Shown: piece by piece, positions 37,827 through 50,402 of the stretch | How the letters are laid out: each line of letters begins with the position of its first letter | Numbering within the stretch: position 1 is the first letter of the stretch | Source: Leucoraja erinacea | Taxonomy: Eukaryota | Assembly (NCBI RefSeq): GCF_028641065.1 | Contig: NC_073382.1 | Span: 39,494,001 to 39,558,000 of the forward strand | Length of the DNA stretch: 64,000 nt | Reading direction: 5' to 3' | The notes under the pieces: model-generated | The model's input: only the letters and a program-made list of their open reading frames with translations | Told to the model about the DNA's origin: nothing | Databases searched by the model: none | Position numbers and translations under genes: made by a program

Positions 37827-39426
37827 CAGTGTATTCAGAAAGTATTCAGACCCCTTCACTTTTTCTACAATTTGTTACAGTACAGCCTTATACTAATATG
37901 GATTAAATTCTTTATTTTATCATTAATCTACGCACAATACCCCATAATAAAAAAAGCAAAAACAGGTGATTAGAAACTTTTCTAAAGTAATTAAAAAGAA
38001 ATAACTGAAATATCACATTTATATAAGTATTCAGACCCTTTACTTATGTACTTTGTTAAGGCACCTTTGGCAGAGATTACAGCGTCAAGTCTTCTTGGGT
38101 ATGATGCGACAAGCTTGGCACACCTGTATTTAGGTAATTTCACCCATTCTTCTCTGCAGACCCTCCCATGTTCTGTCAGGTTGGATAGGGAGCGTCGATG
38201 CACGGCTATTTTCAAGTCCCTCCGGAGATGTTCGATCAGGTGCAAGTCCGGGCTCTGGCTGGACCACTCAAGGACATTCACAGACTTGTCACAAAGCCAC
38301 TCCTGCGTTGTCTTGGCTGTGTGCTTAGGGTCATTGGCCTGTTGGAAAGCGAACCTCCGCACCAGTCTGAGGTCCACAATGCTCTGGAGCAGGTTTACAT
38401 CAAGGATCTCACTTTACTTTGCTCCATTCATCTTCGCTCGATCCTGACTAGTCTCCCAGTTCCTGCCGCTGAAAAACATTCCCACAACATGATGCTGCCA
38501 CCACCATGCTTCACCAAGATGAGCGGTGCCTGGTTTCCTCCAGACGTGATGCTTGGCATTCAGGCCAAAGAATTCAATCTTGGTTTCATCGGACCAGATA
38601 ATCTTGTTTCACATGGTCTGAGAGTCCTTTAGATGCCTTTTGTCAAACTCCAAGCGGGCTGTCATGTGCCTTTTCCTGAGGAGTGGCTTCCGTCCGGCCA
38701 CTCTACCATAAAGGCCTGATTGGTGGAGTGCTGCAGAGATTGGTGGAGTCCTTCTGGAAGTTTCTCCCATCTCCACAAAGGAACTCTGGGGCTCTGTTAG
38801 AGTGACCATCGGGTTCTTGGTCACCTCCCTGACCAAGTCCCTTCTCCCCTGATTGCTCAGTTTGGCCAGGCGACCAGCTATATGAAGAGTCCTGGTGGTT
38901 CCAAAGTTCTTACATTTAAGAATGACAGAGGCCACTGTGCTCTTCGGGACCTGCAATGCTGCAGAAATTGTTTTATACCCTTCTCCAGATCTGTGTCTCG
39001 ATGCAATCCTGTCTCAGAGGTCTACGGACAATTCCTTCATTTTCGTTGCTAGGTTTTTGTTCTGACATGCATTGTCAACTGTGGGACCTTATATAGACAG
39101 ATGTGTACCTTTCCAAATCATATCCAATCAATTTAATTTATCACTAGTGGACTCCAATCAAGTTGTAAGGATAATCAATGGAAACCTAAGCTCAATTTTG
39201 AGTGTCATAACAAAAGATCTGAATACTTATGTAAATGTGATATTTCAGTTATTTATTTTAAATTACTTGTCCAAAAAATTCTAAACACCTGTTTTTGCTT
39301 CTTTATTCTGGGGTATTGTGTGTAGATTGATGATTAAAAAAAAGAATTTAATCCATTTTAAAATGTCTGTAATGTAATAAAATGTGGAAAAAAGTGAAGG
39401 TTTCTGAATACTTTCTGAATGCACTG
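37827..39426 (-). mobile_element. Full-length (1.6 kb) Tc1-like IR/DR transposon
   Basis: TA|CAGTGTATTCAGAAAGTATTCAGA...TCTGAATACTTTCTGAATGCACTG|TA; about 210-bp TIRs with an inner direct repeat AAGTATTCAGA. Confidence 0.96.
38045..39040 (-). pseudogene. Tc1 DD34E transposase, disrupted
   Basis: ISAALQVPKSTV, ARLEF, IWSDETKIE, FQQANDPKH (catalytic D to A), SPDLHLIEHL; stops and frameshifts. Confidence 0.93.
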
Positions 39427-40239
39427 TATGTATATTTTTCATGCAATCTAAGGGAATCTTGCATGATAAGCAGAATCTTCCTTCATACAATTCTTTATAC
39501 AACAGGACATGATGAGTGGCTGTTGTGAGAATGAACAAAGTCCATAATCCTATTTTACAAGAATGGGGAGGCCGAAATTTGGGGTAGTTTAATGAAACAT
39601 AATAGTTGGAGAGAGCATGATAGTCAGGCAAATTCATACTATTCATTACAGATGTGCATATGAATATCAAAGGCTTTGTTGCCTGTCAAGTGACTTTAGA
39701 AAGTCAAAGGACAAAGTAACAATGCAGAGTAGCAATATGGGTAATACTAACCAGAATATTACCAGAATGCTAGCCTGGGAGATAAAGCATTTAGAATGTA
39801 TTTGCAAATAATATTCAAGGGGGATGAAATTATTTTAATAAAATACAAAAGAGACTCTTTATATGAATGTAGGAATGTAGGCAAAAATACAGGCAAGTGG
39901 ATTTGATACAACAACTTTTGGCACTTCGGTTCAGTAGGCATAAAACAAAAGGTGGTGAGGCAGCTTTGTTAATCGATGAGAACAGTGTGGTAGTGAGAAA
40001 TGACATGGCCTCAGAGTATTTAGATGTAGCATTTATTTAAATGGAAGTTAAAAAAAAAAGAGAAATATTTCCCTGATGAGAATGACATTTAGATTTCATA
40101 ATAGCAATATTATTTTCAGATAGATTATAAAACAAGAAGTAATGAATGTCTGTAACCAAGTCATTACCATAATTATGAGCAACTTTAATCTTCATCCAGA
40201 TCAGGGAAATCAAATTAGCAAAAATAGTGTTGACCATCT

Positions 40240-40338
40240 GCAGGCAGGTGGGACTAAGGGGAAAAAGTTGTTCGGCACGGACTTGTAGGGCCGAGATGGC
40301 CTGTTTCCGTGCTGTAATTGTTATGTGGTTATATGGTT
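40240..40338 (+). mobile_element. Short CR1 tail lying among older CR1 debris (about 39600-42200)
   Basis: GCAGGCAGGTGGGACTAAGGGG...GCTGTAATTGTTAT(ATGGTT) is the same tail type as 49680-49780. Confidence 0.85.
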
Positions 40339-43300
40339 TATAAAATATATTTGAAACAAATTGTTGGAACAGTACCATATTACAAGGTACAGCAGACTTT
40401 GGAGATTAACGTAGAAAAGGTAAAATTGTCAATTTTGGCAGTAAAATACATAAGAAGCCTGTCAGAGAGAGATCTGGATGTCTTTGTTCATAATTTCCAA
40501 AATAATTGTATGTAGGTGCAGCAAGTAATTTGGAAAGTTAACAGAATGCTATTGCTTCTTGCCAGGAGAATTGAATCTAACAGTCAGGGGATTATATTTA
40601 AATTATACCGATCATTGGTGAGACCACATATGGAGTGTTCTGTGGAGTATTGATGTTCATATTTAAGAAACTTTATAATGCATTGAAAGTTTGGATAAGG
40701 GTTTGGATGTGGCTTCATTCTGCAAATTTATGTTTTTACTTGTCTGTTTCCACCTGTCATCTAGCAGCCAACGTCTTTAAAATCACCTCCCCCCTCCTGA
40801 CCCAGCTCCTGGTCATCATCTTGCATCTCACAAGTTCCGCCTATCACCTTCCTGGTCCTGTCTCACTCCTCTCTTCTTTAGATACTGACTATCTTCCCTC
40901 TACACTCTCAGTATTGATGCAATGTCTTGACCCCAAATGTCAACCTTTCATCTGCCTCCACAGATGCTAATTGACCCACTGAGTTCTTTCAGCTGTTTAT
41001 ATTTTACTGGGCATGCATCCTTTGGGGTTTAGAAGAGTGCGAGGGACTTGACTAATGCACAAGAATCCTGAAGTGTCTTCAGAGTGCGGATGTAGAGAGA
41101 GTGCTTCCTCTTCGGAGAAAATCTAAAACAAGGGTTATTATTTTAAATAAAGGTCACCTATTTCGAATGGAGGTGAGATGAAACAATTAATCTCAAAGTG
41201 CTGAGTTTTCAGAACTCTTTTCCTCCAAAAGATTTCTCCTGTTTTAAATAGTCTTCAAATAAAGCAGAGGTAGATAATGACTTGATAAGTAAGGGAATGT
41301 AAGCTTGATGGGAATGCAAATTATACTTACAGCAGATCAGCTTGAATTTATTCAATGGCAGAGCAAGCTTAAAGAGTCAGATAGTTGATTTTTCTAACAT
41401 GCAAGGTAGGATGCCCATATTGGAAAATTGCGGAATCAATGGTTAAACAGCTTCGTTTGGTTCTGCTAATCAGAGGCAACGTGGCCGCAACATCGTAAAA
41501 GTTCACATTCGGTTTGGGACTAAGAAACTCAGGACTGAAACGTGTCTTTAGCCAAAAAGCAGACGTGAAGGGACAGATGGGTAAACCAACACTGAAAGTA
41601 CATACAATCAATAAATGGCGCCAGAAACTTTTAAAATATTTCATAATTCCCATCATAAACATTTATTTAAAAACAAAGATCCTATGAGAAGAATGATCCA
41701 AGATTATTTAAGGAAGGTTTGGTATGAAATTGAAAGAAAAGGCATATAATGCTGCGGATTCAGTCTGGCAATTCAATCATTTTTTTAAACTTGTTTCCAC
41801 CTGTCATCTAGCAGACAATGTCTTTAAAATCACCTTCCCCCTCCTGACCCAGCTCCTGGTCATCATCGTGCATCTCACGAGTTCCGCCTATCGCCTTCCT
41901 GGTCCTGTCTCACTCCTCTCTTCTTTAGATGCTGACTATCTTCCCTCTACACTCTCACTCTCTAAGATTAACAAGGTAATAAAGGGAAATATAGATTTTA
42001 TGAGGAATCCACTGTGAAATTAAAAAATTAATAATAAGACATTCTACATGGATAAAAAGGGAAGAGCGTAGCTCATGTAAATATTAGTTCTTCAGTGAAT
42101 ATGAGCAAATTGATAAAAGAACATTTGCATATTATCGAACCTAAACTTGTCCATGACCATGATAGAAGAAAGTAAAATCGGTCCAAAAATTGTAGTCAAT
42201 CAGTCAAAATAGTAAGATTAAACGAGAACTTACCAGTTTGAAGTTTGATCTGTATTTTATGAGGAGGAACGTTGAGGGAATACGTGAAGAACCCCACTTA
42301 CGACGCATGCATGTCATCCTTCAAAGCAGCGGTGTGAGGTCACAGATATCCTATATTGACCTAACATAGTAAGATTATGAAAGCGATACCAGTTTTTGAT
42401 ATGATCATAAGAGGGTGGGAACGAAGGGCACGTATTCCCTCAACGTTCCTCCTCATAAAATACAGATCAAACTTCAAACTGGTAAGTTCTCGTTTAATCT
42501 TACTATTTTACTTCGGAGTCACGTGAGTGTCTACGTGAAGATTTCAAAGCTCTGTGACCTCATGCCGTGGAACGAGTCCATGCTTCACAACTGCCTTAGT
42601 TGTGGGGAGAAATGATGTTAACATCATTAAACATAATACGATATTGAAACCCAACTGTAAAATATTAAATCCAATTATTGCCCCTATTGTGCAGTGAATT
42701 ATATCTGCAGAACTTAAAATTGTTTCTGCAATTCTTCCAGGTTTAATAACTGGTTTGTTATAAAGTCATTGGATAGTTTCCTCCGTTGACCAATCTACTG
42801 TCTTGAGGGTTTTGTACATTGGTACGTCCAACTTCATAGCTGCCAATGTAGTTGCAGCCCTGATGGAGTAAGATTTAAATGTTTCCCTTAGTGTCCACTC
42901 CAGTCTTTGTTAGGACTTGCTTAACCATTTAGAGATGATCTGGACTGTCACTGTTTTGAGTGGCTATTAGTAGCTGATAAACGTGACATTTCTTCCTCTG
43001 ACGATGTAGCATACTTCATGTATGATAGTAAATGAGTTATAATACAGCAACGACCATCTGTCGTATAGGCTCTGTACTTTTTTTTATTTTTTAGGCCTGC
43101 TGACCCCTCTCTGTTCTGTTTGACCCTATGATAAATGTGACAGGTTTAATTCCCTGATGAAATCATCATGTTGTCCATGTTTCTGTAGTGACTGGACTCT
43201 TTGTGCCGTGACCAAGGCCATCAGCATGACTGTTTACATAGTCAGTTTCTGTAATGATAGAGCTGTAGCTGGAGACCAGTTTCTTAACTTGGTCAGTACA

Positions 43301-46249
43301 AAACTCACATACCATACATGAATGTACCTAGTTCTTTCGGATTAATTTTAACATGCCTCTAATGAGTTTTTGTTACTAGTGTGTGTGTCCCCACAGAATG
43401 CCGCTCTGTACCTTCGACAGGTATGTAGACAGAGCACTCCTGGCATAATTGTGGTACTGTGACTAAGCCTCTCATCATAATGGAGGCTTGCCAGGAATTC
43501 CAGAACAGATGGCTGTTCATATATCTGTGGGTGATGATAATAGTTATGAACGTACTTCCTATTTCTAGAGGATACGAAGTACTGTTGAATGAGTGGACTG
43601 TCTGTGACCCGCTGAAAGATTTCCGCCTATGGTCCGTCAGTCCTAGGTGTAGAAGAGGTGCTTTCAATTCTACAATGAATAGGTTAATATAGATAGTAAC
43701 ATGGGTAACTCTCCATGTTGCTAGAAAGAACCAGTAAGTTTGAAGGACACGTGACAGCATTCAGTAATTGGATAATGGCTGATATTATATGGCTGGCACA
43801 CAGTCCCTATGCCAATCTACTAGCAGTCTGATGGATAGTTTGTTCTCTGCCAATTTCCATTAAGACTGTACGAGATTTACCAGCAAAGTCAGTGCCATGT
43901 GAACTGTGTTAGCAGTGAACCGCAGATGACCAGTAGTTAACTCATATGTGGGTACATCTAATTGGTAATCTAGCCAGCCATCTTGGTACGATGCTCGCCA
44001 GATAGTACCCTAGGATCAATACAGAAGCTGACACAAAGTTCCCATCTGAAAGAATATAAGTACAAAGTATTCCATTAACCCAAGATGAAGTGGCAACCAC
44101 CTCTGATTATGATAAGGATATTTAGTACACGAGCTTCTGTGATTCTTATTGGATGTCTCCATAACATCTATAATGTGTGTACGTAGTTTAATAATGCTTC
44201 AATTTGTTGCTCCCTTGTCTGAATGTCGTTCAGTTCAGTACATGCTCAACTAAGGAGCAAGTAATGAATACCTCCACATTCTATATCAGTGGTTTGGGAG
44301 GTTCCAGGTTTGCATATAAGGCCAGTGCATCCTGGTGAACTAGTGTCATGTCTATTTCTAATAGTGCGGCCGATAATATCCCGCTGGTAGGACTTTAGAA
44401 CATTCTTTCGGTTCAATACCTTGTCCTGTTATGTTCCCGGAGGTAAATGTCTTGCCAACACCTCAGCAAAGGTATTGGCTTGCAGGTGATGTGAAGAATT
44501 GTACTCAATGCTGGCAGCCATCCTGGCCTCTAGATCTTTGCCAGTCTGTTCTTGCTGAAAGTATTGCCCCATCATGTCCAGCAACTTGGTTTCCTCTTCG
44601 TCCATATGGGAATGTGGCTCCATCTCTAGTTCAGAATCTGACACAGGCAGCCCTTCAACAACCTCTTCCGAGGAGGATGAAATGTCAAGCAGCCCTTTAT
44701 GGTAATCTGCTGAGGGACTTACACCTTTGCCACTGTGGCTATCGTCCATATCCTGGAGCCTGCCACTCTGGAGAATTTCCTCCAACAACCGCTCCAGCCG
44801 ACTTACGTGCTCTCGGGCACAAGTCGATCGCGGGTGTTTAAATTTATCCAACCGCTCCTGTCAACCTTCGTGCTCTCGGGCACTAGTCGCACGCGGTTTT
44901 TGCCGCAGCCGGTCCCCATGCCTACGGGCACTGATCGCTCCCGGCCGCCCCATATAATTGGGCCATTCCTCGCAGTCCCGGTTCACCTGTCGCTGACGGC
45001 CGAACATGCTGCAGCCACTTGTACCGGTTTCCCAGCTCCGCGAAAGTGGCCGCTGCTGGCTGCGCTATATCCTGCAGCTGCTCATCCTTACTCCGGTATC
45101 AGTAAGTATTATCCGGAGGCTGTTTCTTCACATCATTTTCGCAGCGATGTACTTTGCGCTTTGCCTTCCCGCCCGGTCTAGGATTTGATTTTCCCAAGGC
45201 GGGCTTTAAATCCGGCACAGCTGATGTCTCCCCTCCTTCAGGGTTATGTAAACCTTTGCCTTGGTCAGGGTCTGACCAAATTTGGTCCTTCCCACTCTCC
45301 TCCGAGGAGTAAGAGATATTCTGCAGCCCCACACGGGGTACCGCTGTGGGGCTTACCTCTTGCCCACTGTGGCTAGCCTCCACATTCATGGGACTGCTAC
45401 CATGGAGGAGCTCCTCCACTTCCACCTGTTTTGGTGTGATTTGCACTTTCGGAGATGGTGGTGCTGATTTCTTTCTTTCTTCCACCCTTTTCGGAGATGG
45501 TCTCTGTGAAAATTTGTTGTAATTGATGGCCAGTCATGTAATTTATACTGGCTGACATCCTTGGATCCCAGTCTCCACCATCCAGCAGCTTCTGGATTAT
45601 GTAATCCTGTGTGGTCAAGGTCTGGCCCATCAGCGTCCTGCCCACTCTTTTTTAAAGAGTTAGAGATCTCTAGGGCCCCGCACGGGGTACCCATGTGGGG
45701 CTTACCTCCTGCCCACTGTGGCTAGTCTCCACATTCACTGTGAAGGAGCTCCTTTTTTCCTCCGCTGTTCCCGTCCCCCGTACACACGGGCACTGGTTTG
45801 CGGGTTTTCCTCGCCCCGCCGCTGACCGCACCGGTCCTGTATATAGGTCCACCACTCCACACGGTCCCGGTACTCACAGGCACCTGTGCTGGCTGCTGAT
45901 CATGCTGCGGCCACTCATACCGGCTTCTTCCAGCGTGGGCTAGCGGGTCCAACACGTGCTCAGTGCTCTTCGGCACTGACAGCTCGTCACTATTTTTAGG
46001 AAGTGGAAGTGCCATTGATGCGCCCTCTCCGCACTTCTAGCGCCTCGGACCCATCTAATACTTTAACCAAAGGATTAACAAACAGATTCTATGAAAAACC
46101 CCCCATTTTAGGTCTACACCATTTTCCCACATACCTATAGTAAGGGTCATAGCAACATAGAAACATAGAAATTAGGTGCAGGAGCAGGCCATTCGGCCCC
46201 TCAAGCCCGCACCGCCATTCAATTCAATGGGGTCCGTGGGATTGTACCC

Positions 46250-46806
46250 GAGTCGTCGGGATTTTTTGCTGTGTAGCCGGTCAAACCGGCTCCAACGCTC
46301 TCAGTACTGGCTGCTCCTGGCTGCTCGTTTATCTCAGACCACTGGGACCGACCCCGGGTACTCACGGTACTGGTCCCTCGCGGTCGTTTGCAGCCGGTCA
46401 ACCCCGCTCCAATGCCCTCAGTTCTGGGCGCCCCGCTGTTCGTCAGGTTCGAACCGCCGGACCGACCCCGGTGTTCACGGCACTGGTCCCTCGCGGTAGT
46501 TCTGCAGTCGGTCAAACCGGCTGTTAATCTTAAACTTAAACCGCTGGGACCGACCCCGGTGCTCACGGCACTGGTCCCACTGCGGTCGTTTTGCAGCCGG
46601 TCAGACCGGCTCAAATGCCCTCAGCACTGGCCGCTCCCGGCTGCTCGTAGGGACCCCTCGGACCAACCCCGGTACTTACAGTCTGAAGAAGGGTTTCGGC
46701 CCGAAACGTCGCCCACTTCCTTCACTCCATAGATGCTGCTGCACCCGCTGAGCTTCTCCAGCCCTCCTGTGTACCCCTGGTACTTACAGCACTGGTCCCT
46801 CGTGGT
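46250..46806 (+). repeat. Imperfect tandem array (two alternating subunits of about 30 bp) in the DIRS 5' region
   Basis: Recurrent CAGCCGGTCAAACCGGCTC, GACCGACCCCGG and CACTGGTCCCTCGCGGT. Confidence 0.8.
46683..46710 (+). ncRNA. Minimal hammerhead ribozyme core (Penelope type)
   Basis: CTGAAGA-A-GGG-TTTCGG-CCC-GAAA-CGTC contains CUGANGA, stem II, GAAA and a GUC triplet; helix I is weak. Confidence 0.65.
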
Positions 46807-47662
46807 TGCTCTCTGTCCTCCAGCCTTGGCGCTGGCCGCTAGCGACTGCTCCAAGCCAGACTCGCTTGAGACTGGCATACGGGACGTCTTTGCTTCGCAT
46901 CCCGCCCGGCCGAGAAGTGAATTTTTCCGGTGCGGGAGCGAAGTCGGGCACAGGTGTTTCCTCTCCGGAAGATTGGCGTGCCGTTGCTGCTGCTGCCGGC
47001 TGCCCGCTCTCCGCGGTTCTCCCCTGCCAGCTTTCCGCAGCCTTCATGGATACGGTCCATGTCTCCACCTAAAAGGTAAGTCTCTCAAATATTTGAACTA
47101 ATAATGGATGCATTTAAAACAAATAAAAGAAAACTTTGTTCTCTCTCTCAAAGATCTGCAGTAGCTGAATAGAAACAAAATAGGACATTAGTTTAATTAT
47201 AGTGGATCAATGATAATGGGAAATAGCCAGGAAATTGGAATTGAGGCCAAGATCAGGCCTGTGTGGTCAGATGACCTACTCTGCTCTTATATCTCATGTT
47301 CTTATGTCCTGACATCTTATGATACTACGGAAAGAAGATCAGGACAGCAATTCCCAATTCAATGAGCTGACGCACCAAGCTCAATCCAAATTGAACATAC
47401 AAAAAGGTGAACTCTCGAAAAATCACCAATTTTTAATTTGTTTGTACCTGAGGTCCCTTGATCAAGATATGGCTGAGGGAAAGTTTATCCTCTAATATTT
47501 TGGATTTAGTGCTCATCCCCAAGTAATAAGAGGGTACAAGAGACAGAGGAAAATCTTCTATATAGGTCGCCATGTCGCTGTAAAGGAAGAAAATACTGAG
47601 CTAATAACTTCAAAAATGATTGGCCTACTATCCTGGAATCAGATAATAATCCATGGATTATG

Positions 47663-48512
47663 TAGGTATGTTACAAAACGTACCTGAATCGTGGCTGAGC
47701 ATCTGCCCCTCCCCTTGTGTGTGATTTTGGAGCTGTTTGGAGGGGGCGGGTTTAAAACCCGATTTTTACTAGGCTGTTCCAATCGCAGATGTTCAGCCTA
47801 GTAAATCATTAACGGAGAATCGCTGCAAGACCCGGTCCCAAAAGCTATTATTAGTTTTATAGGCCTCGAAGAGTAGATATAATAAATTTAAAAGCTCTCG
47901 TTCATTCCGCAAGCTCTGGCAGCCCCAGGGTTTTATAAAGCAAACAATTAAAGGTATGTACCTTATTTTTACATTAAATGGGGCATGTATATAACCCTAT
48001 AATTATAATTTTCTATAGCGAGTGGCTCATTTTGGGCTTTTTATATTCCCCAGTATTTTTCTCGGCATTTGAGGGCACTAATCCAGCGCGCTGTCAACAT
48101 TCTAAACCTGCGCGTTCCACATGAACCCACTAGAAAACCGATTTATTTACAGCAATTGAACACTAAATTCCTTCCATTTGGCATATAAATTAATGTAAAT
48201 TAGATATAAAAATCATGTTATATTGTGAATTATTTGTGAATAATCTTTGGACACTTAGGCTATTTAAAAATGTTAATCTTTCCTTAAGAAATGTGCTTTT
48301 GACTATCTAAGATCACAGCTTTTTTGTAATGCCCATTGAAAATCAATAGGGAACAAGATGCTAATTTCCGAGTATGAAAATGGTCATAACTTTTTTAATA
48401 CTTGAGATATGAAAGTGAATTTGGTGTCAAATTAAACTTATTGGTATGCTTTATCTGATGGGATAAATTGCAGACTTGATTTTTTAAATCTCAAAATTTT
48501 GTAACATTGCTA
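47663..48512. mobile_element. 850-bp non-autonomous DNA transposon with a 7-bp TSD
   Basis: TIRs TAGGTATGTTACAAAA / TTTTGTAACATTGCTA; GATTATG on both flanks (47656-47662 and 48513-48519). Confidence 0.85.
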
Positions 48513-49254
48513 GATTATGTAATTCCAACTCCGAGAAATAAATGTCAGTTTTATTTATGTTGTTTTGGGCTGTAAGGTAATTAAAAAGGATCTGCTCACA
48601 GATGACTAGGAGGGTAAATTGTAGGGTGAGGTTAGATAAATTCATAAAATTCATCAAACCACACCAAATAGTTGAATTTTCATTTTTGTGTTCAATTTTT
48701 GTTTTTATTGCTTTGTTTATGTGAATGTTGGATCACTGAGAATTACCGACACTGCTCCTTAATTACATGCATGAAAACCCCCAGTACTTGGAGTTCTTAG
48801 TGATAATTAAACATGACCAAATCCTCAAAAAAGCCAATATGTACGTTACGGCTATAGGAAGTGGTAGCAAATCCAAGTTTTCTTTTATTTGTTTTAAATG
48901 CATCCATTATTAGTTCAAATCTTTGCCACTTTACACCCAACAATATAATTTTGAAGTGTAGTCATTCATGTAATGAGAAATATAGCAGAGAGCAAGCTTG
49001 CACACATTGAAATGAGATAATAACTAGATAATTTGTTTTTGTGACATTGATAAGTGTTGACCAGGATGCCAGTGATAACACCCTTTGTTCTACATAATAG
49101 TGCCATAACGTTTTCCACATCCATTTGAAAAATCACATGGTGTCTTGGTTTAACTTTTCATTTTAAAGCACTTTCAGAACTGCAACATTCACTCAGTACA
49201 GTCCTAAGAATGTCAATAAAGGTTGAGTTCTTATGAATTTTATCTGCCATTGAG

Positions 49255-49780
49255 AAGCATAGGAAGGATGTCAACAAAATAGAGAGAGTACAGAGGAGAT
49301 TTACTAGAATGTTGCCTGGGTTTCAACAACTAAGTTACAGAGATAGGTTGAATAAGTTAGGTCTTTATTCTCTGGAGCGCAGAAGGTTAAGGGGGGACCT
49401 GATAGAGGTCTTTAAAATGATGAGAGGGATAGACAGAGTTGATGTGGACAAGCTTTTCCCTTTGAGAATAGGGAAGATTCAAACAAGAGGACATGACTTC
49501 AGAATTAAGGAACAGAAGTTTAGGGGTAATATGAGGGGGAACTTCTTTACGCAGAGAGTGGTGGCGGTGTGGAATGAGCTCCCAGTGGAAGTGGTGGAGG
49601 CAGGTTCATTGGTATCATTTAAAAATAAATTGGATAGACATATGGATGAGAAGGGAATGGAGGGTTATGGTACGAGTGCAGGCAGGTGGGACTAAGGGGA
49701 AAAAAAATTGTTCGGCATAGACTTGTAGGGCCGAGATGGCCTGTTTCCGTGCTGTAATTGTTATATGGTTATATGGTTAT
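49255..49780 (+). mobile_element. CR1 3' fragment (second young subfamily)
   Basis: LYSLERRRLRGDLIEVFK, TRGH, FFTQRVVAVWNELP; (ATATGGTT)n tail. Confidence 0.93.
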
Positions 49781-50194
49781 AAGCAAGTTGCAACAAAATG
49801 TCATTAAATTGGACAAAGACATGGTTGAAACCGCACTGGTGATTTGCACAGAGAATTGAGCTGTGCAGTGGTTTTAGACTGCTCTTCACACAGTTTGGCT
49901 TAGTTGGAAGCAAATATACTAGAGGAGCTCCTCTAGTATCTTTGGTTGGAAGAAATTGGGTGCATACAAATGGTGGAAGAGCATTAGTCAACATTTCATC
50001 CATTCATAGAGGGGTCACTGAGTGTGATATCACCTTTGAGACAAACAGCATTGTAATCTGACAATGCTGTTCCACAGCAACTTTTTTTTGTTTGACGGAG
50101 CGATGGACAAGCACATTCCTCAGGCATCCTATAAGTAGCTAACCTGCCACTGTAGTGGCCTGCAGTGAGAAGCTGAGTGACAGATTGACATCCT

Positions 50195-50402
50195 TTTTAC
50201 GAGGATGTTACCAAGAGCCAGGGGCCTGGGCTATAGGGAGAGGTTGAGCAGGCATGGACTCTATTCCTTGGAGTGCAGGAGGTTGAGGGATGATTTTGTA
50301 GAGGTGTACACAATCATGAGAGGAATAGATCAGGTAGATGCACAGCATCTCTTGCCCACTATAGGGGAATTGAGAACCAAAGAACACTGGTTTGAGGTGA
50401 GA
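50195..50402 (+). mobile_element. Old CR1 fragment
   Basis: GLGYRERLSRHGLYSLECRRLRDD. Confidence 0.8.

Larger units (their letters stand above)
42206..47085 (-). mobile_element. Second DIRS1-type element, internally deleted and 5'-truncated, with intact right terminus and ICR
   Basis: Perfect 81-bp inverted pair 42206-42286 / 42429-42509, then 42506-42540 matching the 5' terminus of the first DIRS; YR remnants (MLMALVTAQRVQSL near 43230-43190); gag-like ORF 44429-44851. Confidence 0.9.

Noticed and set aside
41545-41564. TCTTTAGCCAAAAAGCAGAC resembling the antisense of the U2 5' end
   Set aside because: The match is under 20 nt and does not extend; compatible with chance.
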